In this document: positions 7,968 through 16,869 of the stretch, in pieces
How the letters are laid out: every line of letters starts with the position of its first letter
How positions within the stretch are numbered: position 1 is the stretch's first letter
Assembly: GCA_964520045.1 (NCBI GenBank)
Contig: CAZFMJ010000007.1
Span: 1 to 58,928, forward strand
DNA length: 58,928 bases
Direction of reading: 5' to 3'
Origin: an uncultured Elusimicrobiales bacterium
Lineage (GTDB): Bacteria; Elusimicrobiota; Elusimicrobia; Elusimicrobiales; CAZFMJ01
Translations under genes and position numbers: made by a program
The notes under the pieces: model-generated
The model's database searches: none
Told to the model about the DNA's origin: nothing
Seen by the model: only the letters and a program-made list of their open reading frames with translations

Positions 7968-9770
7968 ATGAAACTTACGATCATCGACTGGGCCGTGATA
8001 GCGGCTTATTTCGCGGTAAATCTGCTTATCGGCTTATATTACAGGAAGCGCGCCACTAAATCCACCGAGGAATTTTTTGCGGGAGGACGCAATGTCTCAT
8101 GGTGGCTTGCCGGCACCAGTATGGTGGCAACGACTTTCGCGGCGGATACTCCGCTGGCCGTGACGGGGCTTGTGGCCTCTTACGGAATAGCGGGCAACTG
8201 GCTGTGGTGGAACATGCTTATGAGCAGTATGCTCACGGTTTTTTTCTTTGCGAGGCTGTGGAGGCGGTCGGGAGTTCTTACGGATGTGGAGTTTGCCGAA
8301 ATCCGCTACGGCGGTTCTCCGGCGGCTTTTCTCAGGGGGTTTCGGGCGCTTTATCTCGGCCTCCCCATAAACTGCATAATACTCGGCTGGGTGAATCTCG
8401 CAATGGTGAAAATCCTCATGATGATATTCAATTTCACGGATATCACCGTGATGGGAGTGGCGCTGAGCCCTAAAATACAGGCTTTGCTTGTGGTTTTTGC
8501 CATGATGTTTATAACGGCGTCCATTTCCACTCTTTCAGGGCTTTGGGGCGTGCTTGTGACCGATCTATTCCAATTTGTTCTTAAGATGGGAATGGTGATC
8601 GTGCTTGCCTATTATTCGGTGAAAGCCGTCGGCGGCATGGATGTTATGATCGAAAAACTGGCGCTCTTGAGCGCGGGCAAAGGGGGCGGCTCCATAATTT
8701 CTTTCACTCCGGATATCGGCTCCGTCTGGATGCCGATGATAACCTTTTTTGTTTATATCGCCGTAACATGGTGGGCCACATGGTATCCCGGGGCGGAGCC
8801 CGGCGGAGGGGGATATATAGCGCAGAGAATTTTCTGCGCGAAGGACGAAAAACATTCCCTGCTTGCCACCTTGTGGTTCAGTATCGCGCATTATGCCGTA
8901 AGACCGTGGCCGTGGATACTTACGGCATTGGCCTCTCTTGTGCTTTATCCGACTCTCGCCGATAAGGAATCGGGATTTATAATGACGATAGTAGACCCCA
9001 AGGTTTTTCCCGTCGCTTTGAGGGGCGTGATGATAGCGGCTTTCGCGGCTGCGTATATGTCTACTATAGCTACCCAGCTTAATTGGGGGGCGTCATACAT
9101 TGTAAACGACTTTTACAGAAGATTTCTTGTGAAAGGGCGCGACGAGAAGCATTATGTCGGCATATCGCAGTGGGCGACTCTTTTCCTTATGATAGTATCC
9201 TGCATAGTGACGTACTATCAGACCTCGATATCCGGCGCTTGGAAATTTCTTATGGCCGTGGGCGCCGGCACCGGAAGCGTTTTCATACTGCGCTGGTTCT
9301 GGTGGCGCATAAACGCATGGAGCGAAGTTTCCGCCATGGGGGCGTCGTTTGCCGTTTCGCTGGTTATGATGTATGTTTTTAATTTTAACACCGACGATCC
9401 GAGGCAGTTCGCCTATTCGGTGCTTATCACGGTCGCGTGTTCCACCGTAACATGGCTTGCCGTGACTTTTATCGCCGGCCCGGAAGAAAAGGAGAAGCTT
9501 TTGTCGTTTTACAGGAAAGTCAGGCCCAGTCCCATGCTGTGGGGGCCGATAGCGAAAGAGGCTGTCGACGTTAAATCAAAGCGCGACGAAATGAATAATC
9601 TGCTGGATTTTGCGGCTGGATGCGTGATGATATATATGGCGCTTTTCGGAGTGGGCAAGATCATTTTCGGCCAGACCGGAACCGGACTGATTTTTCTCGC
9701 AGTTTCGGCCTGCTCCGCGGGAGTGGTTTACTGGGACTTAAACCGCAGAGGCTGGAAAGTTATTGATTGA
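7968..9770 (+). CDS. Sodium:solute symporter (SSF) family transporter
   Basis: 600-aa polytopic protein with an SSF-like N-terminus, EEFFAGGRNVSWWLAGTSMVATTFAADTPLAVTG. It starts 15 nt after the cyclase stop. Confidence 0.8.
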   Translation: MKLTIIDWAVIAAYFAVNLLIGLYYRKRATKSTEEFFAGGRNVSWWLAGTSMVATTFAADTPLAVTGLVASYGIAGNWLWWNMLMSSMLTVFFFARLWRRSGVLTDVEFAEIRYGGSPAAFLRGFRALYLGLPINCIILGWVNLAMVKILMMIFNFTDITVMGVALSPKIQALLVVFAMMFITASISTLSGLWGVLVTDLFQFVLKMGMVIVLAYYSVKAVGGMDVMIEKLALLSAGKGGGSIISFTPDIGSVWMPMITFFVYIAVTWWATWYPGAEPGGGGYIAQRIFCAKDEKHSLLATLWFSIAHYAVRPWPWILTALASLVLYPTLADKESGFIMTIVDPKVFPVALRGVMIAAFAAAYMSTIATQLNWGASYIVNDFYRRFLVKGRDEKHYVGISQWATLFLMIVSCIVTYYQTSISGAWKFLMAVGAGTGSVFILRWFWWRINAWSEVSAMGASFAVSLVMMYVFNFNTDDPRQFAYSVLITVACSTVTWLAVTFIAGPEEKEKLLSFYRKVRPSPMLWGPIAKEAVDVKSKRDEMNNLLDFAAGCVMIYMALFGVGKIIFGQTGTGLIFLAVSACSAGVVYWDLNRRGWKVID

Positions 9771-9840
9771 AAGAAGACGGTAGACGGCTAACTGGGGAGA
9801 AGAGGCGGGACAGCAATTAAGAAGTCACCAAGTCACCAGC
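9771..9840 (+). repeat. Heptamer (GACGGTAGACGG) and GTCACCA repeats after the symporter stop
   Basis: AAGAAGACGGTAGACGGC...GAAGTCACCAAGTCACCAGC. Confidence 0.7.
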
Positions 9841-9842
9841 CA

Positions 9843-9903
9843 TCCCAAACTTTCAGGTTAATTGGGGTGGCCCATTCTCAAGGCTTTAATGGAAAGAATG
9901 GAC
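9843..9903 (-). repeat. REP-like element, copy 2 (inverted, degenerate)
   Basis: TCCCAAAC..TTGGGG followed by CCCATTCTCAAGGCTTTAATGGAAAGAATGG, which is the reverse-complement orientation of the consensus. Confidence 0.65.
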
Positions 9904-9923
9904 CGTCTACTATCTACCGTTCC
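9903..9923 (-). repeat. Heptamer array; the purine version is on the minus strand, after the stop of the minus-strand gene
   Basis: CCGTCTACTATCTACCGTTCC on the + strand. Confidence 0.7.
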
Positions 9924-9928
9924 CTTGA

Positions 9929-10270
9929 TTATTTCAATGAAAATCTGCTTCCAAGCATAACATAGCTTTCTTTTTGGTCGGCGGACACCACCCTGATATA
10001 ATACTGGTATTGAATCGTCGTTGTTTTCTTTACCGCCGCTTTTTCCTCTTCGGTGAGCGTTCTGAGATAGCCGAAATATTTTCCGCGGAAGTTGACAAGC
10101 TGTCCGTTGAGCATCACTTCAGGGCTTATATTCAGCGGGCCCATATCCTCTATGGTTATGTGCGGAACGCGGAATGTCCACTTATTTTCGGCGCAGTACA
10201 CCGCCAGATTGGCGTCTCCCGAAGGCGAGGGGAAATATTCCCGCAGTTCGCGGTTTACGTAAAAATGCAC
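9929..10270 (-). CDS. Hypothetical protein; possibly the 3' part of a frameshifted secreted-protein gene
   Basis: 113-aa ORF with no recognisable motif. A signal-peptide mini-ORF at 10255-10368 overlaps its 5' end in another frame (see findings). Confidence 0.45.
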   Translation of the reverse strand: MHFYVNRELREYFPSPSGDANLAVYCAENKWTFRVPHITIEDMGPLNISPEVMLNGQLVNFRGKYFGYLRTLTEEEKAAVKKTTTIQYQYYIRVVSADQKESYVMLGSRFSLK

Positions 10271-10574
10271 GCATTTAAGCTCTTCCGGCGTGATACCGCC
10301 GGTAAGTTTGTTCCTGCGCAGGCGGAACCCGCAAGTCCGAGTAGAAACACGATTGTAATTGTTTTCATTTTATCCCCCGTTAGATTTTAATCTGAATTTT
10401 GACGGCGCTGTGATCCATGCAATCTGCTGAATAAATAATATCACGGAATCCATTTTGCCGCATGAGTCTTTGGGGCAGATTTTTCCAGGCCTTAAGCCTG
10501 ATTGAACTCTGGGAAAAAGGTCCTATGCGTTTTTGCGGGAGACTGCCGGTTATTGTAGAATTTGGAGTAATAGC

Positions 10575-10997
10575 ATGGTGAAATATCTTAATAGGTATTA
10601 CTATCTGGCGCCTTTGTGGTTTCTGGTGGAGATTATTTTCTGGCCGGGTTTCAGGGCGGGGATAATTTTCGGAAATTCGACGGCGGGGATAGCCGCCTTC
10701 TATGCCGTTGAAACGGGAATAGCTGTGGCCGTATACAGGAAATCGCCATATGCTGATTTCAGCGCTTTTGCGGAAAATATGATATACCTTATTTTCGCGT
10801 TTAAATACATAATATTTGCTCCGCTGGATATAGCCATGAATTTAGAGTCAAACTCAGCCGGCGCCGGAGCGATGATTGCCGGCTACAGGGCATCTCTGCC
10901 GGGCATAATTTTTTCGGCGGCGCATGCGGTGTTTAATCTCAAAAGATTTATAAACGGAGGATTTAAATTGCCGGCGGATGGCGCAGATAAAGAATAA
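10575..10997 (+). CDS. Hypothetical integral membrane protein
   Basis: Part of ORF 10533-10997. I prefer ATG at 10575 (MVKYLNRYYYL), which follows a GGAG. It has about 4 hydrophobic segments. Confidence 0.5.
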   Translation: MVKYLNRYYYLAPLWFLVEIIFWPGFRAGIIFGNSTAGIAAFYAVETGIAVAVYRKSPYADFSAFAENMIYLIFAFKYIIFAPLDIAMNLESNSAGAGAMIAGYRASLPGIIFSAAHAVFNLKRFINGGFKLPADGADKE

Positions 10998-11199
10998 TGG
11001 CTCTACAGGGTTTAGCATTGGAGCGGGACAGTCATGGAATTGCCCCTCCGCCACGTAGGAAACCCTCCTGTGGCCTCCCATCCGCTATGTGGCTGCGGAG
11101 CAACTCCATGCCTGCCCCTTAGTGTTCATGGCAGTGCGATTGATTTACACCGGGAAGCCGGAAGAAACAGAATAATAACCAAAAGTCGAAATCAGAAGT

Positions 11200-11219
11200 C
11201 AGTAGACAGAATTCCGGCT
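11200..11219 (+). repeat. GAATTC-containing repeat subfamily (CAGTAGACAGAATTCCGGCT)
   Basis: 20 nt identical to 15605-15624. Confidence 0.8.
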
Positions 11220-11241
11220 ACTCAATGCTCTCTTTAATATT

Positions 11242-11928
11242 ATGGAAGAAAAAAAACAGAAAATACTTTTATATGTAAGTCTGCTTATACGTCTGGCATG
11301 GCTTTTACCCGCGAGCTTGTTCGCTTTGTTTTATGTTTTTTTGTTCGCGCAATATGTGTTTATCGCCGTAAAATACGGTCGTTTTGCGATGTTTTTATCT
11401 TTCGGCATGGTGGTCAATACCGCGGTCGGAGGCGTGTTCCTCTGGCTTTGCTTTTTGGCATGGCGCAAAACACGGACGCTTTTTAAAGGGGAAATGCGGG
11501 TGTCTGCGGGAAAGGTGTTTTTGCAGGGCTTAAGCGTTTTAGTCGGATTTGCCGTAGCCGGGATGATTGTCGTTCCGAAATTCACCGACCTTATGAGATA
11601 TTCATGTGAAGGTAAAAACAACGGGAATCTGGCGGTCTTGCGGATATCCCTGGATTCTTACAAAGACGCGAATGGAAAATATCCGGAAGATTTACATGCG
11701 CTTATCAGCGGCGGCGGCGAGTTAAAACAAATTCCATTTATTTGGGACGTATGGGGGGCCCGTTCCCCGCATCCAAGGACGGCGGAAATAGTTTATTATG
11801 ACGGCAGAAAAACCGGGGATAGCGGTAAATGGGCGTATGTGAACAACCCTAAAGATTCCGGCTGGGGAAATGTTTACATCGACTGCACGCATACAGACAG
11901 CAGGGGAACTGCATGGAGCGGGCATTAA
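11242..11928 (+). CDS. Polytopic membrane protein with a C-terminal pseudopilin/type IV pilin-like globular domain
   Basis: 228 aa with about 4 TM segments. These are followed by VVPKFTDLMRYSCEGKNNGNLAVLRISLDSYKDANGKYPEDL, which resembles the segment after the N-terminal helix of GspG/PilA-like proteins. Confidence 0.55.
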   Translation: MEEKKQKILLYVSLLIRLAWLLPASLFALFYVFLFAQYVFIAVKYGRFAMFLSFGMVVNTAVGGVFLWLCFLAWRKTRTLFKGEMRVSAGKVFLQGLSVLVGFAVAGMIVVPKFTDLMRYSCEGKNNGNLAVLRISLDSYKDANGKYPEDLHALISGGGELKQIPFIWDVWGARSPHPRTAEIVYYDGRKTGDSGKWAYVNNPKDSGWGNVYIDCTHTDSRGTAWSGH

Positions 11929-11933
11929 TTAAA

Positions 11934-12041
11934 GAGGGTAGAAGGCAGACGGGAGAAGGTAGACGGTAACCTAAAAACAAAGAAAAGAAACATCTAAGAC
12001 GAAGATAAGCCGTCTCGCAGTCCAGCTGTCCAGCAGTCCAG
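11934..12041. repeat. Heptamer array followed by an octamer (GTCCAGCN) array, between convergent genes
   Basis: GGGTAGAAGGCAGACGGGAGAAGGTAGACGG ... GCCGTCTCGCAGTCCAGCTGTCCAGCAGTCCAGC. Confidence 0.8.
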
Positions 12042-12818
12042 CTAACTGCTTAAAATACTGAAGATTTGTTTTGCTTCATGAAGGAACGACAGGTAAAATT
12101 CAGGTTTTTGCTGAATATTCGCTTTGTAAATCAGAATCCACTTCCCGCATCCTTCCGCATTCCAGCCTTTGGTCCGGCCTAAAGAAGCTAGTTTTGACGG
12201 AGAAAAAAACATTCTTATCGCATTTTCGTCCTTTCCCCGGAGCAGATAATTTTTTGAAAATTCGGGATCTTCGGCAAAATCAATGTCCTGATAGCCGAAA
12301 GCGGAAGCTATTTTGTGCAGAATATTTTCCGGCTGGAGATAAAAGTCCGGAAAAATGTACGCTTCGCGGGCAAACGCCGCCACGGTCTGGATGTGGGTTT
12401 GTCTGTTTTTACCGCTTCCCGTAGTGTATTTGTATTCAAATGAAAAAAACGGCAGGGAATCAAGATTGCCGGAGAGCGTATTGTAAGTTTTTGAGGAAGA
12501 GTTTGAGGAGAAGAAAGACGACGTCTTGCGCGAAAAAAGATTCGAACCCGAAAATTCATATTCCACATTGCGCGGAAGGGATTCGTTGTATGAAAAATTA
12601 TTTAGCGACGCCAGCTGTATGAGCGCCTGCCGGCGCCGGCGAGCGGAGATTATAGAGTAAAGCGCCGCCGCAATTATGGACAGAATAATGACAGGGATCA
12701 GCATCCCCGCCGGAAATGCGCCGCATGACGGCGCTTTAGCGGCGCTGTTTTGCGGGAAAAGGAGCGGTATTAATACCGCTCCCGAAAGCAGTATCGGAAG
12801 ACGGTTTTGTTTTTTCAT
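12042..12818 (-). CDS. Hypothetical membrane-anchored protein
   Basis: 258-aa ORF with a signal/TM region (LLSGAVLIPLLFPQNSAA and MLIPVIILSIIAAALYSII). No motif recognised. Confidence 0.55.
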   Translation of the reverse strand: MKKQNRLPILLSGAVLIPLLFPQNSAAKAPSCGAFPAGMLIPVIILSIIAAALYSIISARRRRQALIQLASLNNFSYNESLPRNVEYEFSGSNLFSRKTSSFFSSNSSSKTYNTLSGNLDSLPFFSFEYKYTTGSGKNRQTHIQTVAAFAREAYIFPDFYLQPENILHKIASAFGYQDIDFAEDPEFSKNYLLRGKDENAIRMFFSPSKLASLGRTKGWNAEGCGKWILIYKANIQQKPEFYLSFLHEAKQIFSILSS

Positions 12819-12927
12819 AAATTTCCGCCTAAATTTTGATATAATTTAACGTCCGCAGAAGCCGGTTCTTACAATAATAAAAAATTAAGAGCGTTGCGGC
12901 AATATTATCCGCTGTCCGGGGGCTGTT

Positions 12928-14418
12928 GTGCTGCGTTCCAATCCGCATCTTTACGAAATTAATGTCAGGGTATGGATGAGGCAGCTGCGCGAAAAATACG
13001 GCGCGGCTCTTACCCTTTCCACTATTCCCGACGAAGAATGGCTGGAGCTCAGACATCTGGGGTTTGATATTATCTGGCTTATGGGCATATGGCAGACAAG
13101 CCCAAGGGCTTTGGAGCTTGCCCGCTCAATGCAGTTCCTGCGCGACAGATTCATGAAGTCCTGCCCCGGCGGCAGTATGGATGATATCGCCGCCTCCCCG
13201 TATTCAATATACGACTACAAGCTTAATCCCGAACTTGGAACCGAAACCGAACTGGCTTTGGTGCGCGGGAAACTCAACGGAATGGGGATGAAGCTGTTTC
13301 TGGATTTTGTCACCAATCACCTTGCCGTAGATCATCACTGCATTAAGATGTGTCCGGATTGTTTCATGCAGGGCGGGCCGGAAGACGTCAAGGCTCATCC
13401 CGACTGGTTTTTTGAGGCCGAACTGGAAGGCAGAAAAATCTATCACGCATACGGAAGGGATCCCAATTTTCCGCCGTGGATGGATACCGCCCAGCTTAAT
13501 TATTTCCATTCCAAAACAAGGCAGGAAATGATAAAAAACCTTCTTAATGTCGCCGAAGTCTGCGACGGGGTGCGCTGCGATATGGTCATGCTTACGCTCA
13601 ATGACGTGCATGAGGGCACATGGGGCTGGCTGCTTGAAAAAAACGGTTTTAAACGGCCCGAAAGGGAGTTCTGGGAAGAAGCCATATCCGCGGTAAAGGA
13701 CAAGCATCCGCATTTCACCTTTTTGGCGGAAGTTTATTGGGGGCTGGAGTGGCAGCTTCAGCAGATGGGCTTTGATTATACCTACGATAAAGTCATCTAT
13801 GACAGGCTGCGGTCTATGGCGTCTTCAGAGATAAAAGGCCATCTGCGCGCGGAAAAACTTTACCAAAAGCGTTCCGCCAGATTTATCGAAAATCACGATG
13901 AAGAGCCCGCCGTTACGGCGTTCGGAAGGGACAAATCAATGGCCGCCGCCGTGGCTGTGTCCACGCTGCGCGGAATGAGATTTTTTTATGACGGCCAGCT
14001 TAACGGAATTAATATAAGAAGATGGGTGCAGTTCCTCTGTCTTCCCCCGGGCGGAGATCCCGCTATACGCAAGTTTTACGAGAAGCTCCTGAAAATAATA
14101 GACCATCCCGCTTTTCACGGAGGGGAATGGACGATGCTTGAACCCAGGCCCGCCGCGCAGGGCGACGATACCAACCGCAATTTTCTCTGCTGGACGTGGA
14201 ATCAGCGCAGGACGCAGAAGCTTGTGGTTATAAATTATTCCGATTCATGGTCGCGCTGCAAGGTTCCCATGACGGCCGGTTCCGCGGGTAAATCCCTTAC
14301 GATATTCGACGAGCTTTCAGAGAGATTTTTTTCATTTCCTTCGGAAGAAATCAGGCGCGACGGCCTGCTTGTGGAGCTCCCGCCGTACGGCTCTCATATC
14401 TTCGATATGGAATTATAG
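12928..14418 (+). CDS. GH13 alpha-amylase family glycoside hydrolase
   Basis: All four GH13 regions are visible: LDFVTNHLAVDH, GVRCDMVMLT, FLAEVYWG and FIENHDE. The GTG start is uncertain. Confidence 0.8.
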   Translation: MLRSNPHLYEINVRVWMRQLREKYGAALTLSTIPDEEWLELRHLGFDIIWLMGIWQTSPRALELARSMQFLRDRFMKSCPGGSMDDIAASPYSIYDYKLNPELGTETELALVRGKLNGMGMKLFLDFVTNHLAVDHHCIKMCPDCFMQGGPEDVKAHPDWFFEAELEGRKIYHAYGRDPNFPPWMDTAQLNYFHSKTRQEMIKNLLNVAEVCDGVRCDMVMLTLNDVHEGTWGWLLEKNGFKRPEREFWEEAISAVKDKHPHFTFLAEVYWGLEWQLQQMGFDYTYDKVIYDRLRSMASSEIKGHLRAEKLYQKRSARFIENHDEEPAVTAFGRDKSMAAAVAVSTLRGMRFFYDGQLNGINIRRWVQFLCLPPGGDPAIRKFYEKLLKIIDHPAFHGGEWTMLEPRPAAQGDDTNRNFLCWTWNQRRTQKLVVINYSDSWSRCKVPMTAGSAGKSLTIFDELSERFFSFPSEEIRRDGLLVELPPYGSHIFDMEL

Positions 14419-14456
14419 GGGGCATATTATTTCGTTGCGGCCCCCAAGGAGGAGTT

Positions 14457-15575
14457 TTGGACTACGGCATACTTGTAATAAATCCCGGTTCCACTTCCGA
14501 CGAAATAAGCTTCTTTAAAGGGGATACCGCAGTGTTTCACAAAGTAGTGCGGTATAATCCCGACGACCTTAAACCATTTGAAAAACAGAAGGTAACCGCC
14601 CAATATCAATTTAGGGAAAATTTAGTCATAAAAGCGCTTAAAGAAAACAGCATAGAATTATCCGAAATTCAGGCGGTAATCGGCAGGGGGGGGCTTTTAA
14701 AGCCTATGCCCGGCGGAACATACGCGGTTACCGCAAAAATGGCGGAGGACCTGCGCAACGGGGTTATGGGCGATCATCCCTCAAATCTCGGCGGACTTCT
14801 GGCCCGGGAAATAGCGGGATTGTGCGGGGCTAAGCCTTTTATCGCCGATCCCGTGGTTGTGGATGAAATGCACGGGCTTGCCAGATATTCAGGCATGCCC
14901 GAGAATCCGCGTCTGTCCATTTTTCATGCGCTTAACCAGAAGCGCGTGGCGCGGCTGGCGGCTGAAAAATTAGGGAAGAGTTATGAAGAATGCCGTCTCA
15001 TCGTGATGCACGGAGGAGGCGGAATTTCCGTGGGCGCTCATTCGGGAGGCAGGGTTATAGACGTGAATAACGCTCTCGACGGAGAAGGCCCGTTCACTCC
15101 GCAGAGAAGCGGAGGAGTCCCTTCCGGCGGCCTGGCAAAGATGTGTTATGGCGGTAAATACGGAGCCGGCGACATAAAGCTGAAAATAAAGGGAAAAGGC
15201 GGACTTGTCGCGTATACCGGCACTTCGGACGTAACGGCGCTGAAGAAGTATATTAAAGGCGAACCTTTTCCAAAGGAGTCCGGGCTTGATGTTTCCAAAG
15301 TCACTCCGGAAAAGGCGAAAGAGTGTCTGCTGGCTATGGCTTATCAGATAAGCAAAGAAATAGGAGCTCTTTCCGCCGCGCTCAAGGGTAAAGTCGACGC
15401 CATAGCGCTGACGGGCGGCATAGTTTATGACGACGAAATAATAGTGCCCGCCATAAAGGGGTATGTGGAATGGATAGCTCCGGTGCTGTTGTTTCCCGGA
15501 GGCGATGAAATGCGCGCTTTAAGGGACGCGGCTGAGTGCGTGATGGAGGATCCTTCAAAGCTGAAGGAATATTAA
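14457..15575 (+). CDS. buk: Butyrate kinase
   Basis: 372 aa. ILVINPGSTSDEISFF N-terminus of the ASKHA/acetate-butyrate kinase type. TTG start preceded by AAGGAGG. Confidence 0.9.
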   Translation: MDYGILVINPGSTSDEISFFKGDTAVFHKVVRYNPDDLKPFEKQKVTAQYQFRENLVIKALKENSIELSEIQAVIGRGGLLKPMPGGTYAVTAKMAEDLRNGVMGDHPSNLGGLLAREIAGLCGAKPFIADPVVVDEMHGLARYSGMPENPRLSIFHALNQKRVARLAAEKLGKSYEECRLIVMHGGGGISVGAHSGGRVIDVNNALDGEGPFTPQRSGGVPSGGLAKMCYGGKYGAGDIKLKIKGKGGLVAYTGTSDVTALKKYIKGEPFPKESGLDVSKVTPEKAKECLLAMAYQISKEIGALSAALKGKVDAIALTGGIVYDDEIIVPAIKGYVEWIAPVLLFPGGDEMRALRDAAECVMEDPSKLKEY

Positions 15576-15595
15576 AAAGAGTAACTACGCAGGTA

Positions 15596-15634
15596 GCCAG
15601 AATTCAGTAGACAGAATTCCGGCTCCTGAATCCT
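15596..15634 (+). repeat. GAATTC-type repeat arm after the buk stop
   Basis: GCCAGAATTCAGTAGACAGAATTCCGGCTCCTGAATCC. Confidence 0.75.
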
Positions 15635-15651
15635 CGGCTGTTCTGGATTCT

Positions 15652-15810
15652 GTCCAAACAAACCTTCCCGCCACTACAGCAAGGCGGGATCTCGCCCTCC
15701 GCCAAAAGCGGAGAGGCGGAAACGGCAGTGAGTTTGGACTGCCCTGAGACTTCGCTCAGGACTGCCTGCTGGACTGTCCCATTCTCACAGCTTTTGAGGA
15801 AGGAATGGGG
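15652..15810 (-). repeat. REP-like element, copy 3 (inverted, with nested inserts)
   Basis: GTCCAAAC..[~60-nt insert]..TGAGTTTGGAC, then an extra hairpin GCCCTGAGACTTCGCTCAGG, then CCCATTCTCACAGCTTTTGAGGAAGGAATGGGG. Confidence 0.75.
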
Positions 15811-15834
15811 CTGACTTCTGAATCCTGTCTACTC
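15811..15834 (-). repeat. Inverted GAATTC-type/heptamer arm before ptb
   Basis: CTGACTTCTGAATCCTGTCTACTC, an inverted relative of the 15596 arm. The two arms bracket REP copy 3. Confidence 0.7.
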
Positions 15835-15864
15835 GTGTAATAACTTAAGAGGAGACAATATAAT

Positions 15865-16791
15865 ATGAAATTCGCTAATTTTGACGAACTCGTAAAAATG
15901 ATGCGCGGCAAATCAAATAAGGTGGTGGTGCCCGGCGCAAATAATTTCGAGGCGCTTGAGGCCTGCAAAATGGCTCAGGACAACGGTCTTGTTTCGGGCG
16001 GAGTGCTCATAGGAAACAAGACGGCTATAGAGAGCATGGCGCAAAAGACCGGCCTGAATTTGTCCAAATTCGAGCTGGTGGAGTCCTCCGACCTGACTGA
16101 AATGTGCGAGAAAGCGGTGGCCTTTGTTAAGCAGGGCAAGGGGGATTTTCTTGTCAAAGGCCTGGTCGACACTAAATTTTACGTCAAAGCCATACTCAAC
16201 AAAAGCAACGGCATGGTTGAGCCCGGCAAGCTTTTGAGCCATTTTGTGCTGTTTGAGACCGCTAATTATCACAAGCTTTTTGCGCTTACCGACGCGGGCG
16301 TGATGATAGCTCCGAATCTTGAGGAAAAGCGTCAGATAGTGCAGAATGCCGTAGACTTAATGCGCATGCTCGGAGTCGCAACTCCGAAAGTCTCCGTAGT
16401 CTGCCCCGTTGAAAAAGTTAATCCAAAAATACCAAGCACTTTGGACGCGCAGGAGCTGTCTAAGATGAGTTCCGACGGCAGGATCAAGAACGCCGTGGTG
16501 GAAGGGCCGTATGATATTTATATTTCCGTTTCCCGCAAATTGGCCGAGGAAAAGGGCGTGACCGGCGGAAAGGTGCCCGGCGAAGTGGATATTATGCTTC
16601 TTCCCAATCTGGACGCGGCCAATCCCATATACAAGGCGATATCCTTTTTCGCCGCAGGGATCAAATCCGCGACTCTGCTCGCGGGAGCCAGCGTTCCCGT
16701 CATACTTCCTTCAAGAACGGACGCGCCGCTTACAAAAATGCTTTCCATAGCGCTGGCAAGCTTTCTCAAGGAACAGCAGGTGAAGGTATAA
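15865..16791 (+). CDS. ptb: Phosphate butyryltransferase (phosphate acetyl/butyryl transferase family)
   Basis: 308 aa. The N-terminus (FDELVKMMRGKSNKVVVPGANNFEALEA) and C-terminus (LAGASVPVILPSRTD) are Pta/Ptb-like. Adjacent to buk. Confidence 0.88.
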   Translation: MKFANFDELVKMMRGKSNKVVVPGANNFEALEACKMAQDNGLVSGGVLIGNKTAIESMAQKTGLNLSKFELVESSDLTEMCEKAVAFVKQGKGDFLVKGLVDTKFYVKAILNKSNGMVEPGKLLSHFVLFETANYHKLFALTDAGVMIAPNLEEKRQIVQNAVDLMRMLGVATPKVSVVCPVEKVNPKIPSTLDAQELSKMSSDGRIKNAVVEGPYDIYISVSRKLAEEKGVTGGKVPGEVDIMLLPNLDAANPIYKAISFFAAGIKSATLLAGASVPVILPSRTDAPLTKMLSIALASFLKEQQVKV

Positions 16792-16855
16792 CGGAGGCAG
16801 CGGGAAGCCGGAAGTCGGCGGACGGAATTCCAGTTTCTGAATCCTGTCTGTCCGA
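16792..16855. repeat. Composite purine arm plus inverted arm between ptb and the ATPase gene
   Basis: CGGAGGCAGCGGGAAGCCGGAAGTCGGCGGACGG then AATTCCAGTTTCTGAATCCTGTCTGTCCG. Confidence 0.65.
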
Positions 16856-16869
16856 GCGGCAGATAATTT

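Noticed and set aside
11000-11170. A GC-rich segment upstream of 11242 with several possible stems, such as CATGGA..TCCATG (11033-11038 with 11105-11110), CTCCGC/GCGGAG and GCCAC..GTGGC. It could be a structured ncRNA.
   Set aside because: The stems are short and mutually exclusive. There is no second copy for covariation, and I recognised no signature of SRP, tmRNA, RNase P, 6S or a riboswitch. It is left unannotated. A scan with Rfam/Infernal would settle it.
14457-16791. The buk-before-ptb order and the 289-nt spacer between them as something functional.
   Set aside because: The gene order varies among taxa. The spacer is fully explained by the repeat arms plus REP copy 3.
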